A stretch of 64,000 nt of DNA from NCBI GenBank assembly GCA_963746075.1, contig CAVUZY010000001.1, forward strand, positions 26,046 through 90,045, given 5' to 3'. The DNA is from an uncultured Chloroflexia bacterium. GTDB taxonomy: Bacteria > Chloroflexota > Limnocylindria > Limnocylindrales > CSP1-4. Positions 50,627 through 60,687 of this stretch are shown in pieces (within the stretch, counting starts at the first letter, position 1; each line of letters starts with the position of its first letter). The translations under genes were made by a program, and so were the position numbers. The notes under the pieces are model-generated. The model saw only the letters and a list, made by a program, of their open reading frames with translations, did no database searches and was not told the DNA's origin.

Positions 50627-51919
50627 TCAGCCCCGCACCTGGCCCGCCACGCGGGCCGGTCGAAGCGCGACGAGCGCGAGCACCCCGCAGGTGATGTACA
50701 GGAGGGCCTGGACGTCGAGGATCGCGACCACCCCGAAGCGGTCGGCGAGGGCGCCGGCGGCGAGCACGCCGACCGCGGCAAGGGCGCCCGCCGCGGTCTC
50801 GAACGCCGCGAACACCCGCCCGAGGTGGGTCGGCGGCGCCAGGGACTGGACGCTCGTCATCAGCCCGGTCGACGTCGCCACGCCGGGGATTCCGGCAGCG
50901 ACGAAGAGGACGAGATAGAACCCGATCGCCGTCGTCAGAGCCGGCAGGTTCCAGGTCGTCAAGGCGAGCAGCCCGAAGGCGACGAACCCCCAGCCGATCA
51001 GGCCGCGGGCGGTGGTCCGGCGAGCGATTGCGCCGACGAGGATGCCGCCCGCGATGCCGCCGATCGCCTGGACGCCGCGGATCAGGCCGACGTCGCCTGG
51101 CGTGCCGTGCAGGCGATCCAGGACGAACACGACGAACAGGACGACGAAGATGCCCTGCGACAGCTGGCTGAGGGCCCCGATGAACAGAACGGCGCGGAGG
51201 CGGTGATCGCGACGGATCGTGCGCAGCCCGTCGAGCCACGCGGACCAGGCGCGACGGGTTGCGCCGGGTGGGGGAGCTAGGGCCGCTTCAGGGTCGCTCG
51301 TCGGAGCCGGAGAGCCGCCGGGCTCGGGCTGCGAACTGGTCGGCGGCTTGATGCCGGCGATCAACACCGACGACGCGACGTACGTGATCGCGTCGAGGAT
51401 GACGACGCCGGGCAGCCCGACGACCTGGAGGGCGAGCCCGCCGAGCGGCGACCCGACGAGGCGGGCGATGTTGTCGGCGACCGCGCTCAGGGAGTTGGCC
51501 GCCGGGAGCTCGTCGCGCTCGACGAGGGATGGCACGAGCGCCGACTTGGCCGGCGAGCACAGGCGAACGAAGCACGACTGGACGGCGGCGACGAGATACA
51601 CGATCCAGAGCCGGTCCTCGGTCACCGCGAGCAGCGGCAACAGGCACGCAGCCTGGGCAAACCCGCTGACGATCAGGATCCGGCGGCGGTCGAGGCGATC
51701 GACGACGACCCCGGCCAGCTGGCCCGCGATCAGGCCCGGAACGAGTTCGACGACGAACACGGTCGAGGTGATCAGGGCCGACCCGGTCAGCTGGAACACG
51801 AAGACCGGCAGCGCGATCAGCAGGGTCCAGTCGCCGAAGTCGTTGACCAGGCCGCCGGCCCAGAGCAACGCGAAGTTGCGCCGGCGGAGCGGGGTGCGGC
51901 CCGGCGTCGCGGCAGTCAT
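50627..51919 (-). CDS. MFS transporter (DHA3-like)
   Basis: RNFALLW.G, AGVVVDRLDRRR, PA..ALVP.LV. Confidence 0.9.
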   Translation of the reverse strand: MTAATPGRTPLRRRNFALLWAGGLVNDFGDWTLLIALPVFVFQLTGSALITSTVFVVELVPGLIAGQLAGVVVDRLDRRRILIVSGFAQAACLLPLLAVTEDRLWIVYLVAAVQSCFVRLCSPAKSALVPSLVERDELPAANSLSAVADNIARLVGSPLGGLALQVVGLPGVVILDAITYVASSVLIAGIKPPTSSQPEPGGSPAPTSDPEAALAPPPGATRRAWSAWLDGLRTIRRDHRLRAVLFIGALSQLSQGIFVVLFVVFVLDRLHGTPGDVGLIRGVQAIGGIAGGILVGAIARRTTARGLIGWGFVAFGLLALTTWNLPALTTAIGFYLVLFVAAGIPGVATSTGLMTSVQSLAPPTHLGRVFAAFETAAGALAAVGVLAAGALADRFGVVAILDVQALLYITCGVLALVALRPARVAGQVRG

Positions 51920-52539
51920 CCGCTCGTCTCGGGATCGGGGGCCGCCGGCGCCCCGCGCACGCCCGGCCGCACGAACGCCTGGAGCAGGAGATGGACTGGT
52001 CGAGCGCCGGCGGGAACGAAGCTGCGGGTCAACCCGATCCACGGCCGAACGATGGCGTCGATGGCGTCGGTGATCGTGGCCAGCTCCGACGCGGTGACGA
52101 GGAGGCCGTAGGTCGACATCGTCTCGGCGGCGCGCCACTCGGCGGGCTGGCCGTCGTGGGCGTCGGTCGCTCCGTGGGCGAGCTCGGCATTGTGCTCGAT
52201 GCCGGCATGGAGGAGCTGGCGGCTCAAGGCGGCCTCGACCGGCGTCGCCGCCTCGTCGTCGGATCGCCCGTAGCGCAACCCCGTCGCGGACGGCTGCCAG
52301 GGTCGATCCCGGCCGTCGGCGCCCGCGACCGCCGGCGATCGCTCGACGAGGCCGAACCGGGCGAGCTCGCGGAGGTGATAGCTGCAGTTCGACGGGCTCG
52401 CTCCGACCGCCTCGGCGCACTCGCTCGCGGTCTGTGCGCCCAGCGCCATCAGGTGGCCGAGCAGCCGGTAGCGGATCGGGTTGGCGAGGGCCCGCAGGGC
52501 GCGAACGTCCGTGACCTGTCGCCGGATCTCACTCGCCAT
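51916..52539 (-). CDS. ArsR-like winged-helix regulator
   Basis: LRALANP.R, TASECA, SYHLRELAR.GLVE, DGRDRPW. Confidence 0.88.
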   Translation of the reverse strand: MASEIRRQVTDVRALRALANPIRYRLLGHLMALGAQTASECAEAVGASPSNCSYHLRELARFGLVERSPAVAGADGRDRPWQPSATGLRYGRSDDEAATPVEAALSRQLLHAGIEHNAELAHGATDAHDGQPAEWRAAETMSTYGLLVTASELATITDAIDAIVRPWIGLTRSFVPAGARPVHLLLQAFVRPGVRGAPAAPDPETSG

Positions 52540-52567
52540 CGTTGGTCTCCTGGCGCGTTGGCCCATC

Positions 52568-52599
52568 CCCAATCATGAAGGATTTCCTTCATGATTGGG
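52568..52599. promoter_or_regulatory. Perfect 15-bp inverted repeat; probable operator
   Basis: CCCAATCATGAAGGA-TT-TCCTTCATGATTGGG; TTGACA at 52614-52619 (minus) places -10 inside it. Confidence 0.75.
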
Positions 52600-52695
52600 C
52601 AACCGACGCGACCTGTCAAACCGTCCGCGGAGAGGGGGCGCGTTCGCAGGCGCCGTCCGATGCTTGCGCGGCGGAGCCGGAACGGAGATCCCGGG

Positions 52696-53901
52696 TCAGG
52701 CGGGCCGGTTCGCCCCGCTGGCCCGGGCCCGCGGGCGCACCTCGCGGACGCGCCGGCCGATGGCCTCGCGAGCGGCGTCGAGGCGCAGCGTCTCCATCGC
52801 CCGCGGCAGGGTCGGGACGGCGGCCGGCTTGCCGATCAGATAGCCCTGCCCGAGATCGACGCCGAGCGCCGTCAGCATCGCGAGGTCCGCTCGTCGCTCG
52901 ATCCCCTCGGCGAGGAGCCGGGCGCCGATCCGGGCGCCGAACGAGACGAATGCCTCCACCAGGGCCTGCTTCGCATCGTCGCGGGCGATCCCGTAGGCGA
53001 TCTCGCGGTCGATCTTGATGACCGACGGGCGAAGCGCCGCGATCAGGCTGAAGCTGGCGTATCCGGCACCGGCGTCGTCGACCGCGAACCCGAAGCCGAG
53101 CTTCCGCAACGCCTTGACCTGCTTCACGAGCAGGACGACATCGGACACCGCCTGCTGCTCCGTGCACTCCAGGGTGATCTGACGCGGGTCCAGGCCGGCC
53201 TCCCGCACCATCCACGCAAAGTCCCCGGCCTCGAACTGACCGTCGAGCAGGCTGGCCGGCGTGAGGTTGATCGCGAGGTGGATCGTCGGCAGATCCGTCG
53301 CCTGGCGGGCCACGTGGAGCCGGGCGACCTTGTCGAGGATGGCCCGGACGATGAAGCCGTCGAGCTCGATCGTCCGGCCCGTGTCGACCGCCGCCTGGAC
53401 GACCGTCCCGATCGACGTCTGGAGGCCCGGCATCTGGGGGCGGAACAGGCACTCGTACTCGACGAGGCGGCCCGTGGCCAGCTCCACGATCGGCTGGTAG
53501 GCGAGGCCGTGGACGTTCTTGAGGGTGAAGAAGTAGTCGAGCATCTTCGACTGCATCATCTGGCCCGACTGGGCCATCCCGATCCGCTCGGCCAGCCCGG
53601 ACTGCTGGACGGCGGCCGACAGGGCCATGAGGTGGCGCTCGCCCTCGGGCAGCCCGCGGTCGAGTGTGACGAGGCCGTAGGCAGGGGCGTGGACCGCGGA
53701 CGCGATCTCGGCCGCTCGCGTGTCGGTCAGCTGATCAGCCGGTCCGATGACCACGATCCCAGCATCGAGCTCGTACGAGCGACAGTCGGGCACGTATGCG
53801 AATACTCGATGGGCGAAGCGGATGTCGCGCGACCAAAGCAGCCGCTCGTCACCAACGTCCTCGCGCTTCGTGAGGTTGAGAAATCGCACCGCGAACCCCA
53901 T
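52696..53901 (-). CDS. EAL-domain protein (c-di-GMP phosphodiesterase-like)
   Basis: YQPIV, ECLFR, INL, LECTE, DDAGAGYAS, IKIDR, AEGIE, QGY. Confidence 0.9.
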   Translation of the reverse strand: MGFAVRFLNLTKREDVGDERLLWSRDIRFAHRVFAYVPDCRSYELDAGIVVIGPADQLTDTRAAEIASAVHAPAYGLVTLDRGLPEGERHLMALSAAVQQSGLAERIGMAQSGQMMQSKMLDYFFTLKNVHGLAYQPIVELATGRLVEYECLFRPQMPGLQTSIGTVVQAAVDTGRTIELDGFIVRAILDKVARLHVARQATDLPTIHLAINLTPASLLDGQFEAGDFAWMVREAGLDPRQITLECTEQQAVSDVVLLVKQVKALRKLGFGFAVDDAGAGYASFSLIAALRPSVIKIDREIAYGIARDDAKQALVEAFVSFGARIGARLLAEGIERRADLAMLTALGVDLGQGYLIGKPAAVPTLPRAMETLRLDAAREAIGRRVREVRPRARASGANRPA

Positions 53902-54095
53902 GCGTCCGTGCTGGGCGCGCCGTCCATCGCCCGTCCAGTGCCCGCATCGTACGCGTGCGCGCACCGCTTTCGGTCCCGCTGACAGTCCGGGTGGTTGACG
54001 GGACGGAAGTACCGGTGCTCCGCGTCCGGGGCTCCCCGACAGCGGCCGGTGGGCGGCCCGAGGCCCGCCGTTGCGGGTGGTCGCGGCCGGCGCGG

Positions 54096-54806
54096 TCAGG
54101 CGAGACGCTCGCCGGCCCGGATGGGAACGTCCAGGCGGTTCGACGGCGGAGCGAGCGGGCAGGCCCACTTGGCGTCGAAGGCGCACGATGGCTGGAACGC
54201 GAAGTTGAAGTCGAAGGTCAGGGTGCCGGCGTCGCGGTCGCCGCCGAGATCGGCGCTCTTCGCCGCGTCGAGGAGGTAGCGCCCGGCGCCGTACGTCTCG
54301 GATCCATTGGTCGCGTCGCGGAACGGGAGGAACAGGCCGCCGGCGTAGCCCTCCATCCAGTAGATCTCGAGGCGGCGTGGCCCGCCGGCCAGCGGGATCG
54401 TGACGGCTCCGAACCGGCGGAACGCCATCGCCCCGCCGGCGCTGACGGGGAGATCGATCGCCAGGCTCGTCGCCCCCGATCCGAAGTCGATGGCGGTCCG
54501 GCCCAGCGAGGGCGTGCTCGCCGCGACCGACTCGGCCGACTCGACCGGCTCGACTGCCAGCTCGAACCGCAGCGATGGGTCATGGTCGAAGTGCCGGGCG
54601 CGGAAGTCCGTCCGGCGCTCGACCGGCACGGGCGACTGCGGATGCTCGCGGAAGAGGGTCTCGCGGACCGACCGCCAGTGGTCGAGGGCCGCCACGGGAT
54701 CGCTCGCGGCCATGTTCCGGACCTCGGCGTAGAGCGTCCCGATCCGCCGCCGCCAATCGGCGAGGCTCAGCGTCGCCGCGAGGTGATCGGGGGCGTCGTC
54801 GGTCAT
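54096..54806 (-). CDS. DUF1684 family protein
   Basis: HPQSP, LFLPFRDATNG.ETYGAGRYL, DFNFAFQPSCA...WACPLAP..N. Confidence 0.9.
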   Translation of the reverse strand: MTDDAPDHLAATLSLADWRRRIGTLYAEVRNMAASDPVAALDHWRSVRETLFREHPQSPVPVERRTDFRARHFDHDPSLRFELAVEPVESAESVAASTPSLGRTAIDFGSGATSLAIDLPVSAGGAMAFRRFGAVTIPLAGGPRRLEIYWMEGYAGGLFLPFRDATNGSETYGAGRYLLDAAKSADLGGDRDAGTLTFDFNFAFQPSCAFDAKWACPLAPPSNRLDVPIRAGERLA

Positions 54807-54840
54807 CGCGCGTGCGGCGATCGACTCGTCAACGCCGGCG

Positions 54841-55293
54841 TCACGCCTTGCGCTGGAACGAGCGAACCAGGATCAGCCCGCCGATCACGATCAGGATGAC
54901 CGGCCACACGCTGCTCCACTGGATCCGGGGCAGGTCAACGCCCAGCGTCCGATCGAGGAAGAACCACACCCCGAGCCCGATCAGGGCGAGTCCCGCGACC
55001 ACCGCCGCCAGGCTCGGACGACGATCACGATCGCGGTCGCGCGGTGGCATCCAGGCAGGCTCTCGCCAGCCGCTGTCGGCCGGGCGGTTGGGGTCGGCGC
55101 TGAGCGGCGGGTCGGCGCTGAGCGGCGGGTCGGCGCTGAGCGGCCGACTCGCCGCGGGAGGCAGACCCGCCGCGGTTCGGGCGACCGGAGGCACCTGGCC
55201 GGCGCCACCGGAGGCCGGGGCGGCGGCCGGCCGCGGCGGCGAGGTAGGGTCGGCGATGGGGTGCAGATCGGTGTCGTCGTTCGGGTCGGACAT
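54841..55293 (-). CDS. Small membrane protein, LiaF/DUF5668-like
   Basis: GL.LI.LG..F, WP.ILI..G. Confidence 0.75.
   Translation of the reverse strand: MSDPNDDTDLHPIADPTSPPRPAAAPASGGAGQVPPVARTAAGLPPAASRPLSADPPLSADPPLSADPNRPADSGWREPAWMPPRDRDRDRRPSLAAVVAGLALIGLGVWFFLDRTLGVDLPRIQWSSVWPVILIVIGGLILVRSFQRKA
55091..55144. repeat. 18-bp tandem repeat x3 (PLSADP)
   Basis: GGGTCGGCGCTGAGCGGC x3, perfect. Confidence 0.9.
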
Positions 55294-55491
55294 CGGAAGG
55301 GGTCCTCTGGCGGCCGGCCCATCGTAGCGGGGCCGGATCGCACTCGTGCCCGGCCGGCGGCTCCGCGCCGATCAGGCGTGCGACAATCCGGAACGCCGAA
55401 CGCGCGCTCACCGCCGCTCGGCCACACCCCGCCCGCCCGCGCTGATCGGCGCGCCCGGACGGCCAGCCCGGGACGAGGAGGCGAGACCACG

Positions 55492-56343
55492 GTGGTTGCG
55501 GACACGGCGGAGATCGGCGTCTTCGGGGGCTCGGGCTTCTACTCCCTGCTGGACGACGTCCGTGAGATCAAGGTCGATACGCCGTATGGCCCGCCGTCCG
55601 ATTCGTTCTTCCTGGCTACCGTCGGCGGCCGCAAGGTCGCGTTCCTGCCGCGCCACGGCCGACGCCACACGATCCCGCCGCACCGGATCAATTACCGGGC
55701 CAACGTCTGGGCGATGCGCTCGCTCGGCGTCAAGGCGGTCATCTCGCCATGCGCGGCGGGCTCGCTCCAGCATCACGTCAAGCCCGGCGACTTCGTCCTG
55801 TGCGACCAGTTCGTCGACCGGACGTCCGGCCGCGAGTGCACCTTCTTCGACGGCCCGATCGTGACCCATTTCAGCTCCGCCGACATCTACGACCCGGTCC
55901 TCCGCCAGATCGCCGCCGACGTGATCCGCGAGCACGACATCTCGTTCCACGAGCGGGGCACGATCGTGATCATCAACGGCCCGCGGTTCTCGACGAAGTC
56001 TGAATCGAAATGGTTCAGCGACGCCGGCTGGGAGGTGATCTCGATGACCCAATACCCGGAGGCGTATCTCTGCCGCGAGCTCGGGATGGCCGTCGTCAAC
56101 ATCGCCCTGATCACCGACTACGACGCTGGTGTCCTGGAGGGAACGGAGGCCGTCGACGCCCGATCGGTGCTCGAGGTCTTCTCGCAGAACGCCGAGCGGA
56201 TCCAGCAGGTCGTCCTCGACATGATCGGGCGGTTCCCGGCCGACCTCGAGGCGCTCGGGGCCCGGGCCGCCCTGGAGCACACGCGTGGCGACGGCCACGC
56301 GACCTCGCCCGAGGACATCCGCCTGTTCGAGACCGGGCTCTAG
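55492..56343 (+). CDS. mtnP: S-methyl-5'-thioadenosine phosphorylase
   Basis: GGSG, TPYG.PS, PRHG..H..PPH.INYRAN, DQFVDRT, GPRFST..ES, TDYD. Confidence 0.9.
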   Translation: MVADTAEIGVFGGSGFYSLLDDVREIKVDTPYGPPSDSFFLATVGGRKVAFLPRHGRRHTIPPHRINYRANVWAMRSLGVKAVISPCAAGSLQHHVKPGDFVLCDQFVDRTSGRECTFFDGPIVTHFSSADIYDPVLRQIAADVIREHDISFHERGTIVIINGPRFSTKSESKWFSDAGWEVISMTQYPEAYLCRELGMAVVNIALITDYDAGVLEGTEAVDARSVLEVFSQNAERIQQVVLDMIGRFPADLEALGARAALEHTRGDGHATSPEDIRLFETGL

Positions 56344-57183
56344 GTGGCCGAGCGACTCCCGATCGGGGTCACGCTCCGTTCGATCCGGGCCGAGCCCGTC
56401 TGGTGGCTCGAGAGCGCGCGCCGTCTCGACGAGGCCGGCTACGCGGGCGTCTGGTCATGGGACCACTTCATGGGCCGCGGCGACGTCACCGTTCCGGTGG
56501 TCGAGGGCTGGACGATCCTGGCCATGGCCGCTGCGGCGACCCGCCAGGTGACCGTCGGGACGTTCGTCGCCAACGTGATGAACCGCCATCCCGCGGTGCT
56601 TGCCCGGATGGCGTCGACCCTCCAGATCGCGAGCGCCGGCCGGCTCATCCTCGGCATCGGGATCGGCGGCCATCCGAAGGAGCACGCGGCGTACGGGATC
56701 GAGTTTCCCGAGGCGAAGGAGCGCGTCGCGCGGCTCGAGGAGGCGATCGCCGTGCTCCGCGCCCTGTGGACCGGCGGTCCCGTGACGCGTCCCTCGCCGT
56801 ACTACCCGCTCGAGAACGCCGTCGCGTTCCCGATCCCGACGCCGCCTCCGCCGATCATCATCGGCGGCGAGACCGCGGCCGGGGCTCGACTGGCCGGCCG
56901 GATCGGCGACGGCTGGTCGGCGTTCGACGACAACTTCGAGCAGAACCTGCCCCTCTACCTCGAGGCGCTCGACGGGAGCGGCCGGCAGCGCGCCGATCAG
57001 CGGGTCCTGGTCGGCTTCCAGGGCGACTGGCTGGGGGATGCGGATCTCGCCGAATCGGAGTGGGTCCGCGAGCCGCGCGCCGCGTGGGAGCGCTGGCAGG
57101 CGGCCGGCGCCGATGGCGCGATCGTCCTCGCCCGCACGACCGCCGACGTGGATGCCCTCGTGGACGCCATCGACCGCTGGTAG
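56344..57183 (+). CDS. LLM-class oxidoreductase
   Basis: WSWDHF, EGWT, RHPAVLARM..TL, LILGIG.G, IIIGG. Confidence 0.88.
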   Translation: MAERLPIGVTLRSIRAEPVWWLESARRLDEAGYAGVWSWDHFMGRGDVTVPVVEGWTILAMAAAATRQVTVGTFVANVMNRHPAVLARMASTLQIASAGRLILGIGIGGHPKEHAAYGIEFPEAKERVARLEEAIAVLRALWTGGPVTRPSPYYPLENAVAFPIPTPPPPIIIGGETAAGARLAGRIGDGWSAFDDNFEQNLPLYLEALDGSGRQRADQRVLVGFQGDWLGDADLAESEWVREPRAAWERWQAAGADGAIVLARTTADVDALVDAIDRW

Positions 57184-57239
57184 CGCCGAGCGACTGCCCC
57201 CGACCGCCGCCGGGCTCGATCCGTGGCACCATCGAACCG

Positions 57240-57719
57240 ATGACCGCTCCCGCGACCACGCCCGCCAGCCCCGTTCAGACCCATCCCTGCGCCCGCTGCG
57301 GTGAGCCCGTCGGCCTCGACGCCGGACTGTGCGAGCGCTGCAACCCGCTCGGCCTGAAGGACAGCGCGAGCTCGCAGGTCCATGGCACCGTGTTCCTCGG
57401 GGTCGGTCTGGCGATCGTGGGTCTGGCCATCGTCGCCCATCTCGCGGTTGCGGGGATCGGGCCGTTCAACGCCCAGGTCACCGCCATGCGTCCCGGATCG
57501 ACGGCCGGCTCGCTCATCGCCACGATCGAGCTCCGCAACGACGGCCAGACCACCGGCAGCGCGACCTGCCGGCTGACCGACCCGGCCGACCCCGGCCTGA
57601 TCCGCTCGACGGTCGTCTACAGCCCGCGCGTCGCCGGCGGAGGGACGGTCACGTTCGAACAGGAGGTCGACTACGGCAGCGTCGACCGGCCGCTCAACGT
57701 CAGCTGCTCCGGACCGTGA
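57240..57719 (+). CDS. Hypothetical Zn-ribbon + single TM + Ig-like protein
   Basis: CARC...CERC, TM, LRNDG..GSATC. Confidence 0.75.
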   Translation: MTAPATTPASPVQTHPCARCGEPVGLDAGLCERCNPLGLKDSASSQVHGTVFLGVGLAIVGLAIVAHLAVAGIGPFNAQVTAMRPGSTAGSLIATIELRNDGQTTGSATCRLTDPADPGLIRSTVVYSPRVAGGGTVTFEQEVDYGSVDRPLNVSCSGP

Positions 57720-58558
57720 CGTCCGCCTCGACGCCCGTGACGGCACCGACCTCGCCGCCGGCGTCGGTCTGGGCTGCCGAGCTGGCATTCGCGGTCAAGA
57801 CCGCCGCGGCGGCCGGCGCGGTCCTCATGGACCGCTACGAGCGCCTCGAGCAGATCGACTACAAGAGCGCCCGCGATGTCGTGACCGAGGCGGACCACCA
57901 GTCCGAGGCGCTGGTGATCGATGCGATCCGGGCGCGCTTCCCGGACGATGCGATCCTCGCCGAGGAATCGGGCGCTCACGCGGCTCGGGAGGCGCGGCCC
58001 GCGAACGGCCGGATCTGGGTGATCGATCCGCTCGACGGCACCGTGAACTACGCCAACGGCCTGCCGGTGTTCTGCGTCTCGATCGGGCTCGTCGCCGACG
58101 GCCGGCCGGTCGCCGGGGCCGTCCTCGATCCCACCCGGGGCGAGACGTTCGCCGCGGTGGCGGACGGTCCCGCGACGCTGAACGGCCGGCCGATCCACGT
58201 CTCGACCAAGGAGAAGCTGTCGGACGCCGTTCTGTCGCTGTCCCTGTCCGGGCGGTCCGTTTCGAGCCGTGCCCGGGCGATCCGGCGCGAGGTTCGGGTG
58301 ACGCGCTCGATGGGCTCGGCGGCGCTTGCCCTCGGCTACGTGGCCAACGGCCGGTTCGATGCGTTCCTCCAGGAGACGAGCCTGTCGCTCTGGGACATCG
58401 CCGCCGCGGGGCTGATCGCCGAGCGGGCGGGGGCGACGGTCACGGCGTTCGGTGGCGGCGCCTGGTACGACCCGTCGAAGGCGTCGCGCGTGATCGGCCT
58501 GATCGCGGGCCCGCCGCCGTTCCACGCCCGCCTCATGAGCCTCGCCAACCAGCGCTGA
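57716..58558 (+). CDS. Inositol monophosphatase family
   Basis: VTEAD, AEES, WVIDPLDGTVNY, GSAAL, WDIAA. Confidence 0.92.
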   Translation: MTSASTPVTAPTSPPASVWAAELAFAVKTAAAAGAVLMDRYERLEQIDYKSARDVVTEADHQSEALVIDAIRARFPDDAILAEESGAHAAREARPANGRIWVIDPLDGTVNYANGLPVFCVSIGLVADGRPVAGAVLDPTRGETFAAVADGPATLNGRPIHVSTKEKLSDAVLSLSLSGRSVSSRARAIRREVRVTRSMGSAALALGYVANGRFDAFLQETSLSLWDIAAAGLIAERAGATVTAFGGGAWYDPSKASRVIGLIAGPPPFHARLMSLANQR

Positions 58559-58603
58559 CCGGCGCGGCGACACGCGTCGTCGGCCGCGTCTCGCGGGAGC
58601 CCG

Positions 58604-59491
58604 CTAGCCTTCGAGCCAGCGATGTGGCCGCGATCGGAGCCGGTCCAGGCCCCACCGATCGCAGAACGCCTCCCAGACGGCGCGCGGCGTCCCCCGCCAC
58701 TCAAGCTCGGCCGCGGTCCGCTGGGGCAGGGGAGCGTCGAGCCGGAGCCGGGCCAGCGTCCGGTAGAGCATCGCGTCGTCATGCTGCTCGACCAGGACCG
58801 CGGCGAGCCGGACGGCCCCGCTGACCCCCTTGACGTCCCACTCGCTAGCCCTCGCCGGGACGGCGTCGATCGAGCCGTACCGGCGCAGGACGGCGGCTGC
58901 GGACTTCGCGCCCCAGCCGGGCAGGCCGGGGAAGCCGTCCGATGTGTCGCCGACGAGGGCCAGCCAATCCGGGATCGAGGCCGGCTCGACGCCCCACTTC
59001 TCGAGCACGCCGGCACGGTCGTAGGTGATCCCGCGCCGACGGTCGCGCAGGACGATCCGGTCGTCGACGACCAGCTGGGCCATGTCCTTGTCAGGGGTGC
59101 AGATGAGGATCCGCTCGACGGCCGGGTCGGCCCCGAACCGGACGGCGGCGGCCCCGATCGCATCGTCCGCCTCGAACTCGACCATCGGCCAGCTCACGAT
59201 CCCGAGCGCCTCGATCGCGGCCTCGGCGATCGGGAACTGGTTCAGGAGCACGGGATCCATCCCGGCCGACGACTTGTAGCCCGGGAACAGGTCGTTGCGG
59301 AACGACTCGATCACCCGGTCGGTCGCCGCGCCGACGTGGGTGGCGCGTTCCTCGCGGAGCAGGTACAGCAGCTGGTCGCACAGGCCGGACACGCCGGACA
59401 GGATGACCCCGTTCGTCCCGCGGACATCCGGCCGCGGCGCGTAGTGCGCGCGGAACAGCTCGTAGGTCGCGTCGACGAGGTGGATCTGCAC
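58604..59491 (-). CDS. 5'-3' exonuclease / flap endonuclease
   Basis: LVD.TYELFR, FRN..F.GYK, EADD, DKD, LVGD.SDG.PG.PG.G.KSA. Confidence 0.92.
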   Translation of the reverse strand: MQIHLVDATYELFRAHYAPRPDVRGTNGVILSGVSGLCDQLLYLLREERATHVGAATDRVIESFRNDLFPGYKSSAGMDPVLLNQFPIAEAAIEALGIVSWPMVEFEADDAIGAAAVRFGADPAVERILICTPDKDMAQLVVDDRIVLRDRRRGITYDRAGVLEKWGVEPASIPDWLALVGDTSDGFPGLPGWGAKSAAAVLRRYGSIDAVPARASEWDVKGVSGAVRLAAVLVEQHDDAMLYRTLARLRLDAPLPQRTAAELEWRGTPRAVWEAFCDRWGLDRLRSRPHRWLEG

Positions 59492-59507
59492 GTTGTCGCC
59501 GGCCGGC

Positions 59508-60119
59508 TCAGCGCATCCGGGTCGACCAGGAGTGAACGCCCGCCGCGCTCATCTCCGCGATCGCCTGTTGCTCGTCGCCGGGGTTCAGCTCGACCGGTCG
59601 CATCGCGTCGAGCAGGACGGCCGTCTCGAACCCGAGCCGGACGGCGTCCAGCGCGGTTGCTTTGACGCAGTAGTCGGTGGCGAGGCCGCAGGCGACGACG
59701 CGCTCGATCGCCGCGTCGCGGAGCAAGCCCTCGAGCACGGTCGGCGTCGTCTCGCCAGTCGTCGGGTTGCGCATCGTGAAGCCCGAATAGCCGTCCTCGC
59801 CGTTGGCGCCCTTGCGGACCCGCGGCGCCGCGGCGGCCGCCTCGGGGTCGACGTCAGGATGGAGCTCCGCGCCCCACGTGTCGGCGACGCAGTGGACCGG
59901 CCACGTGCCGCCATCCTTCGCGAAGTGCGGGGTCGACTCGGGATGCCAGTCCTGGGTGAAGACGATCGTCGCCTCGGCCGACCGGGCCATCGCGATCTCG
60001 GCGTTGATGATCGGGACGAGGTTGGCGCCGCCGTGGACCGCCAGGCCACCCAGCGGGTCGGCGAAGTCGTTCTGGAGGTCGACGATCAGGAGCGCGGTCC
60101 GGGCGTCGTAGCGCTGCAT
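59508..60119 (-). CDS. pncA: Nicotinamidase/pyrazinamidase
   Basis: VDLQNDF, TQDWH, WPVHCV, KG...YSGF, GLATDYCV. Confidence 0.9.
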   Translation of the reverse strand: MQRYDARTALLIVDLQNDFADPLGGLAVHGGANLVPIINAEIAMARSAEATIVFTQDWHPESTPHFAKDGGTWPVHCVADTWGAELHPDVDPEAAAAAPRVRKGANGEDGYSGFTMRNPTTGETTPTVLEGLLRDAAIERVVACGLATDYCVKATALDAVRLGFETAVLLDAMRPVELNPGDEQQAIAEMSAAGVHSWSTRMR

Positions 60120-60276
60120 GCTCCTACGCTAGCAAAGACCGCCGTTCGCCCGACCGCCGCCGCGACCGCTCGCCTGGCGGACGACCCGACGACGGCGCCC
60201 GGGCGGGCGCCGTCGTCAGAGGAGGAGCAGCGGGTCCCAGGTCGCCGGGCGGACCCCGACGACCCGGTTCGATCGG

Positions 60277-60687
60277 TCAGACGCGCGAGGGCTCGCGTCG
60301 GAAGACGCCGACCGCGGCGAGGATCAGGGCCTCGAGCACGGTCCAGCCGACGAGGGCGAGAACCGCGGCGAGGTCGAGGACCGACCCGCCGGACTTGAGG
60401 TTGTCGACGTTCAGCATGCCGTTGAACGGAGCGACGAAGACCTGGCTCGTGTTGAGGATGAACGAGACGAGGTCGTTGCCTTCCCGGGCGTCGAGCAGGA
60501 GCAGGACGATCCGGACGATGATGAAGACCTGGACGATCCCGAACAGCAGGATCACGATCCGGCTGATCGTCTCCCCACCGCTGGGCGTCCGGGTCACCTT
60601 GCGCTCGACGACGGACGATCCGCCGGTGGTCGCTGGGCTGACGACCGCGGGGTCGTCCTCGCGCACGACGCGCTCTTCGTAAGTCAT
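60277..60687 (-). CDS. YggT-like membrane protein
   Basis: R..L.LL.A...N..V.FI...S..FVAPF, DL. Confidence 0.75.
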   Translation of the reverse strand: MTYEERVVREDDPAVVSPATTGGSSVVERKVTRTPSGGETISRIVILLFGIVQVFIIVRIVLLLLDAREGNDLVSFILNTSQVFVAPFNGMLNVDNLKSGGSVLDLAAVLALVGWTVLEALILAAVGVFRREPSRV

